From contig CM106585.1 of NCBI GenBank assembly GCA_048013815.1, positions 18,290,001 to 18,354,000 of the forward strand: a stretch of 64,000 bases of DNA, read 5' to 3'. A model generated the notes under the pieces. It was given only the letters and a program-made list of their open reading frames with translations, did not search any database and was not told where the DNA came from. The stretch is from Setoptus koraiensis. Lineage: Eukaryota > Animalia > Arthropoda. The translations under genes and the position numbers were made by a program. Positions 57,947-64,000 of the stretch are shown in pieces; within the stretch, counting starts at the first letter, position 1; every line of letters starts with the position of its first letter.

Positions 57947-59446
57947 GCCTGTTTGTTTGTTGCCTCACCTGTCCGCTTGGCGTGTCAAGAGCGACGTTTG
58001 TTTGCCAAGCGGGCAACTGGGCGCCTGTGTTTGCAACGTTTGTTTGTTTGTTTGTTTGCTCGCTTGGGCAGTTCATTGCGTGTGGCCTTGGCTCATCACT
58101 TGGCCGACGGTCGGCCCGCTACCGGCCAAGTGCGGCCCGTTGCACTGTGCACAGTGGATAATATATGGCTCACGGCCGCCCCTGCAACCGTGAGGAATTT
58201 CCGCGCCAATCGAGCGCGGAATCGCCAAGAATTGAGCGAGGAATCGCCGAAAATCGAGCCGAGAATCGCCAAGAATCGGTGGGCTTGTTTGGCCTTCTGG
58301 GCGCTGGCAGCGGTCAGTCGGACCGAGTCAGTTTGCGCTTCGTTTCAATTTGCAGTTTGTCGGTAATTGCGCGACCGTCGGGCGCCCTCTGGCCGGCCGA
58401 GCGGCCATGATTGAATGACATTTCAATGGAGTGCGCGTCGTCGCCGCCGTCCGCCCTCATGAGCCGCGCGCGGTCCGCTCACACACGACTCACAAAACAA
58501 GCGACCGTCGGGTGGCAAATTTTGACGGCCCGCGACGGCGCGTAGGCATGACACCGCACAGCGATAGCAGGTTGCATAGGTGTCTCGCCAATTACTGCAA
58601 TTTGTACATCGCAAAACTCTGTGGGCATGCCCGTCGTTGCGCCCTGGCCGGCCAATTATGCGGCTGTAATTCCCGATTTGAATAATGGGCCCGTTCAATT
58701 GAATAATAATCCGACTCGCAATGCAATAAACTCTGTGGCCGGCTCGCAGCTCGTCAGCTCGACCGCTTGGCGGCTCGTTGACTCGTTGGCTCGTTGAGTC
58801 GGCGACTCGTTGGCTCGGCGAGTCGGCGATTTGCTGGCAGCGCGCGCGTCCAAACAAGCAAACAAACAACAATTATCGTCAGTTATCCCTGTCAGCCGGT
58901 TATTGTTTACATTTAATGGCCGGCGGTTTGTTGTTGGTTTTATCGCTTCGCGGTGCAAACTTTGCACTGACCGCCGTGTGTGCCGTCTGTCACTGCGTCT
59001 GGCTCGAGTGTCCGTTTCGAAGCTTCGAAACTGTTTCGATTCGAATTTCGAAACAGAGCGACTTTCGAGCGCGCACACCGGCCAGAGACGCCCTCGCAAG
59101 GGGCCGCCACTGCGAATCGGCCACTTCGAAGCGGCCACCAGTTGTGCATTCCGGCGCACTTTTGTAACGGGCTCGCTCCAGCGCGGGGCCCCATTTAATT
59201 TGCGAGCGGCTGTCCGTTCATTTGTTTATCAGTTCATTCGTTTATCCGTTCATTCGTTTATCCGTTCGTTCGTTTATCCGTTCATTCGTTTATCCGTTCG
59301 TTTGTTTGTTCGTTCATTTGCTGGCGCCATCGGCGGCGTGCCGCTCGTGACGAGCGCCTCGTCGAGCCAGTTGCGCTCTCAGATTTCGGCGCGCTATTCG
59401 ACAGTTTGCGCTGTCTAAACTTCAGACTCCAAAGGCGCCACTGTTC

Positions 59447-59502
59447 GCCGTTCGACAGGTGAGCCGCGCTTGCCGTTCGACAGGTGAGCCGCGCTTGCCG
59501 TT
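59447..59502. repeat. 25-bp tandem duplication carrying ACAGGTGAG
   Basis: GCCGTTCGACAGGTGAGCCGCGCTT x2. Confidence 0.95.
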
Positions 59503-61039
59503 GCTGAGCGCTGTGTGTGCCAATGTTGCCTAACCACGAAATGTCGTGCCGACGACGCCGAGTTGCAGTGGCGACTCGCGAAATTCTTCGCGCGGCCGCG
59601 CAACGCGTCACCGGCCGGCGCTACTGGCATTGCAAACACTTGACCTGCGAACCACAAGTTGTGAATGGAGTTTTGATGCGCGCCGCCAATTAATTAACTG
59701 GCCGACAATTCAACTGACCGACAACTCGACTGACCGACAACTCAGCTGACCGACAATTCAACTCGGTGAATCCGACAAAGTGTGAGCTGCCAAGTGTTGC
59801 CCGGCGGTGGCGCGCCGCCACCGAGCCACTCTGAAACTTGCAGACCGACAGGCAACGTCGGGCCGGCGGCCGGCGGACGCGCACGCTCGGCGACGGTCAG
59901 CGGGAGCCGAGATTGAGATGGCGAAATATTTCAAAAATCTCAATCTCGCAAGTGTCGTTCGTTTGTTTGCGTTTCCTGTCGCTGCTCGCCGCTGGCTCGC
60001 TGGCTTCTTTTGGTCGCTGGCTTCTCTGACTTCTCGGGCTCGCTGGCTTCTTTCGGTCGCTGGCTTCTCTGGCTTCGCTGGCTCGCTGGCTTCTTTCGGG
60101 CTCTCGGCCAGCTGTAAGTCACAGCTATAAGTGTCATTGTTTTAATTGCGCCCTGGGCCGGCGGCGCGAAATTGCCGTCGGTTTATTTTGCGCGTCGGTC
60201 GTAAACTCTCGTAGCTCATCTGTCATCTGTTTGTTTGTGCACTCGCTCAACAACCTGTTTGCGATCCTGGTGGCGACTCACTGAATGAATGTCAATTGAA
60301 TTGACTGTGTTTGTTTGTTTGTTTGCTGCTCGCCGTTGCAAAACTGGGCGCGTCCCCTGATGATGATCATGACGCAGTCGCCGTGTTTGGCCGACAAAAA
60401 GAAGCGATTTGGCCGGATTTTTGTCGCTCACAATTGGCCTGTGTTTTGTGCAGAAAATTTTTGAAAAGAAAAGAAAAGAATCCAGACAAATTCTGCGGCA
60501 ATTTAGTCTAAATTTAAACTCCGCCAACGGCCCGACAAACACAAGCGTCCAGCGCAAGTTATGAATAGAGCTCTCTATGAATCGCGCTCCTCATTCGGTC
60601 TCATTTTCTTCATTTCTTCTGGGCTCATGGTCGTGATTTTGCGCAACTTGGCTCGCTGCTACCGCCCTCTGCGGACCGCGGCCAAACAAATTTTCTAACA
60701 AATTAAATTTCAACAGCGACACTCATTGCGGCGGCAAGGCAACGCTTGGCATCATCGTGTTGACAAGTGTTGCCAATTGCGTAATTTGTGATATATTATC
60801 GCACTTTATTTTATTGCCACTTGGCGCGCTGCCGCTGCTGACAAATGGGACCATTTGGCGTGCCGCTAATCATCAATTTGGCGCCTTTCACGCCATCAGA
60901 ATCCTATTATACACATGTTACACATGTTATACTAATCACGAGTCTCGAGTGGCGAGCAACCTGTCGGCGATCGAACGCAATCTTCGATTTGCATTCCGCT
61001 GTAATGATTCCAGCGACAGCCGCAATTGGCCACCGTTGT

Positions 61040-61077
61040 GTTACATAACTCGTGTTACATAACTCATGTTACATAAC
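61040..61077. repeat. 14-bp tandem repeat x3, each unit carrying GTTACATAAC
   Basis: Copies at 61040, 61054 and 61068. Confidence 0.95.
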
Positions 61078-63762
61078 TCATGTATCAGTCGCGCTCGCCG
61101 CGCCGAATCAGGCGTCGGGCACCGGAAGCGGCCGATGAGCGGCCGCTCGATTCACAGCCGCTTGCGCGGCCGTCGGGCTGGCCGGCCGGCCGGGCGTCGC
61201 GTTCGGCGGCCCGGCGTCTCATTCGGCGGCCCGGCGTCGGCTTGGGCGGCTGGTTTGCGCGCATTTGGAGCCGCAACTTGGCACAATTTTTCATTTGGCC
61301 GGCACGGTGCAGTTCTTTTGGTGCAGCGGTCGCGTTTACGCAAACACGCCAACAGCCAAACAGGGTGACGCAATAGGCCCGCCACAATAATGACAGGCAG
61401 CCTAATGGCCTGCAAACATTCAACAGGTTCCATGCGTGCCGTTCGCTTCTCTCGATTCGCTCGATTCTCTCAATTCTCTCAGTTTTCTCAGTGCTGGCAA
61501 TTCTCGCGATTCTCGCAATCCTCGCTGTTTTCTCAGTTCTCTCCGTGCTGGCAGTTCTCGCCGTTCGCTGTCAGTTGTCGCGGTGCCACCGACGAGCGCC
61601 TCTGCGCAACAGGTGAAGTGGTCATCGGGCACATTAGTGGCCGTGGTCATGACATGAGCAGTGCAGCGTCTCGACGTTTGAGTGGCGAGCCGTTAGTGGC
61701 TCGCCATGCAGCGCTCGTCGTGTGCAAATGCAACAAACTAATTGATGACACTTACCTGGCCGGCAATTAATTTGCGTCGTGTCCTCCATTTTCGCCGTCT
61801 CCTCGCCGTCTCTTCGTTGTCTCTTCGTTGTCTCTTCGTTGTCTCTCGGCCGTCTCTTCGTTGCCTTTTCGCCCTCTTTTCGCCCTCGTTGCGTTCGCCA
61901 GCCGTCCGGCCCGACGCTCGTTCGGTGGCTTGCCGCGTCGGTCGGTCGCGCACCGGGCCGGGCCGGCGACGGCAAGCGACCGAACGAGCGTCGGGCCGTC
62001 ACGGCGAATGTCGCGGGTCGTGTAGCGAGGGCGTGACCAGGCTTGCGCCCGCTTGGCCTTGCCCGCCGACAGCCGACAGCCGCTCGAATGGCTGCCGAAC
62101 GCAACGTTACGTCACGCTCTTGACACTTGTCGACAAGCAGCCGCAGGAGTGCATCTGCAAACAAGCGGCCATTATTATTTGTTGGCACTGCTTATTATGC
62201 AATGGCCAGTGTCAGCCATCATGCAAAATTGCATAATAAGCAGAGGCTTGCAGGCGAGTATGAGCACAAGCAGCCAGCTCAGATGCGGCTCACAGGTAAA
62301 TATAGAATCAGGTGATTCATTGTGCCGGCCACGAACACACACAACAGAGAAGATTCGTTGCCAACAACTGCTGCGTTCCAAGTTCGAACGTTCCAAGTTC
62401 GAATGCGCTCACAAAGAACAAAATTAATTCTTTTCCTCGACGACACGCCAGCCATTTAAGCCATTCGAACAACAAGTTGCAACTCGCTCAAGTCTTGCCA
62501 CTTCCTCTTCATCATCAGCACACAGTTTCTCTGTCAACCGGCCTGTCAACTGGTGTGCGTGTGTGTGTGCGTGTGTCAGGTGCCCGCAACAAACGCTTCT
62601 GGGCCACCCATTGGCATTGCGCAACTTGCGGAGCTTGTTTCGAGTCGCTTCTTGGCGTCACTTCATTTGAATATCGCCCATTCATAGGCTGCCGTTCATG
62701 CGCTGCGTTCATCTCACATTCATCTCACTCATGACGCTCGGCCCGCGGCCCGCATCCGTCGCGGTCCCGCGCGGTCGGTCGACTGTCGGGACAGCGACAG
62801 ATGCGGACAGTGCACTCCGACGGTCGCAGTCCGACTTCGCACTACACTCCGCACAACACCCCACACAACACTCCGCACAACACCCCGCACAACACTCCAG
62901 ACAACACCCCGAACAACACAACACTCCGCACAGCCGCACCGGCTGCTCGGCGCGGGCCCGGCCCGGCCCGCCCACCTATCGCGTAGCAACCAGTGGCGTC
63001 TCCAAGCGGCTCGTTGGCGACTCACTGACCCGACTTGTCGCAAATGTCTCGTCGCAATCTGCAATTGCGTGCCGATGCGGGCAACTTCAGCTAACAAGTC
63101 CGAAGCCATGTTCGGCCGGATCTTTGCCACAAAACTTGTCGCGCTGTCAGCTGGCTGCGGTCGGCGCGGTCGGGCCGCGGCCGGCCTGACCCGAGGTCGG
63201 TCTGGTTTGAGGCGGCGGCCGGTCTGCTCGGGCCGGCCCCAGCTCTCAGAGCTGAGCTCATGTTGCCAAGACGAACAATGGGCGCCGATTTCGGCGTCAT
63301 CCAGCGGCCAGAGGGAAATTCGAGATGTCACACGATATTTGTCGGCGTGCCAATCGGCGCAAAAGTTGTTGCTGGGTCTGCGCTGCACAATCTAAACGGC
63401 CGAAACATTTTGTATTCTTTTCGGCCGCTCGATGGGCACTCGCACGACAAGAATACCAACTACATAGTGTTGCGCAATCGGTTCGGTGGCCATTGTTGTT
63501 GTTTGTTGGCTGGCGACGGAGAAAGTGAGCCAGCGGAGAGCAAACGGTGAGAGTTGCTCCGCTTCTGGCCACTTTTTCTCGCGCCCAAATGCATAATACT
63601 GGCAGCAGTTAGACGCCAGGTGAGCTGGTGAGCTGCCTGTGTGATACATGTGATTTTTGGATTTTGGCGCCGAAATTCATCAGCCAATTCATTACTTTCA
63701 TCGCACAAAAATGGGCCAACCAGACACAATCTCTGTCGGGTCGCACAAGCGCTGGTTAGACA

Positions 63763-64000
63763 ATGGCGTGGAGCTATTTCCCTTCTCATGCGACCAGTGC
63801 TCGGCATCGCCGTAAACGGTTCAAGCAATCACAAGAGTTCGTGTCGCCGCAACAGCAGCAACAACACCACCGACAGCACCAACAACAGCGACAACACCGG
63901 CAACAACAGCAACGACAACAACAACAACAATCGAGTCTCACATTCATTTTGTGTGTCATCATCATTAGCGGTGGCGCAAGTGGTAGTAAAAGTAGCGACC
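63763..64000 (+). CDS. Partial ORF running off the window: basic/Q-rich N-terminus then a hydrophobic segment (probable first coding exon of a secreted or membrane protein)
   Basis: ACAATGG start context directly after an in-frame TAG; MAWSYFPSHATSARHRRKRFKQSQEFVSPQQQQQ...QSSLTFILCVIIISGGASGSKSSD. Confidence 0.45.
   Translation, partial: MAWSYFPSHATSARHRRKRFKQSQEFVSPQQQQQHHRQHQQQRQHRQQQQRQQQQQSSLTFILCVIIISGGASGSKSSD

Noticed and set aside
61634-62188. Minus-strand ORF with a CAG|GTAAGT donor as an alternative first exon of the beat-like gene
   Set aside because: No signal sequence, largely repeat-derived, and about one such donor word is expected by chance in 64 kb.
16800-63630. All ACAGGTGAG words as recursive splice sites
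   Set aside because: They occur on both strands, and those checked lack an upstream pyrimidine tract or AG-free zone, except the 47277 site.
14000-63700. Hundreds of 60-300-aa six-frame ORFs (e.g. 47628-48536, 51753-52481, 45109-45720, 33265-34047, 26246-26935)
   Set aside because: Arg/Ala/Pro-rich, repeat-derived or antisense shadows of real exons, as expected in GC-rich low-complexity DNA. No domain motifs or consistent splice phases.
1-64000. tRNA, rRNA and snRNA genes, and transposase or reverse-transcriptase ORFs
   Set aside because: No cloverleaf with A/B boxes, no recognisable rRNA or snRNA motifs, and no DDE or RT motifs seen by eye. A covariance-model scan would be needed to exclude divergent copies.

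Overview
Eukaryotic (arthropod) DNA, most likely an acariform, possibly eriophyoid, mite; this is inferred from near-intronless housekeeping genes plus a chelicerate-type Ig protein. The window has two sharply different compartments. (1) About 0.6-12.8 kb is an AT-rich, tightly packed block of eight genes: F-box/LRR, Pcf11, UQCC2, UAP1, PSMA3, GPN3, RPL7A and a Skp1-like gene. It contains a single 102-nt intron (in GPN3), back-to-back poly(A) signals at all three convergent gene pairs, and a ~230-bp segment duplicated upstream of PSMA3 and RPL7A. (2) About 14-64 kb is GC-rich and littered with short tandem duplications and palindromes. It holds a six-exon, ~1000-aa beat-like two-Ig-domain cell-surface gene on the minus strand (40414 to ~14615; phases reconcile at all five junctions, last exon uncertain). 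Three of its introns end in 242-404-nt AG-free zones with a distal branch point and pyrimidine tract and no proximal tract, which suggests systematic distant-branch-point splicing. Its promoter, signal-peptide exon and start of intron 1 are duplicated head-to-head as an inverted repeat with mosaic, conversion-like identity, giving a second intact first exon on the plus strand whose downstream exons I could not identify. A Q-rich ORF with a hydrophobic segment starts at 63763 and runs off the window. I found no tRNA, rRNA, CRISPR array or autonomous transposon. All alignments and counts were done by eye.
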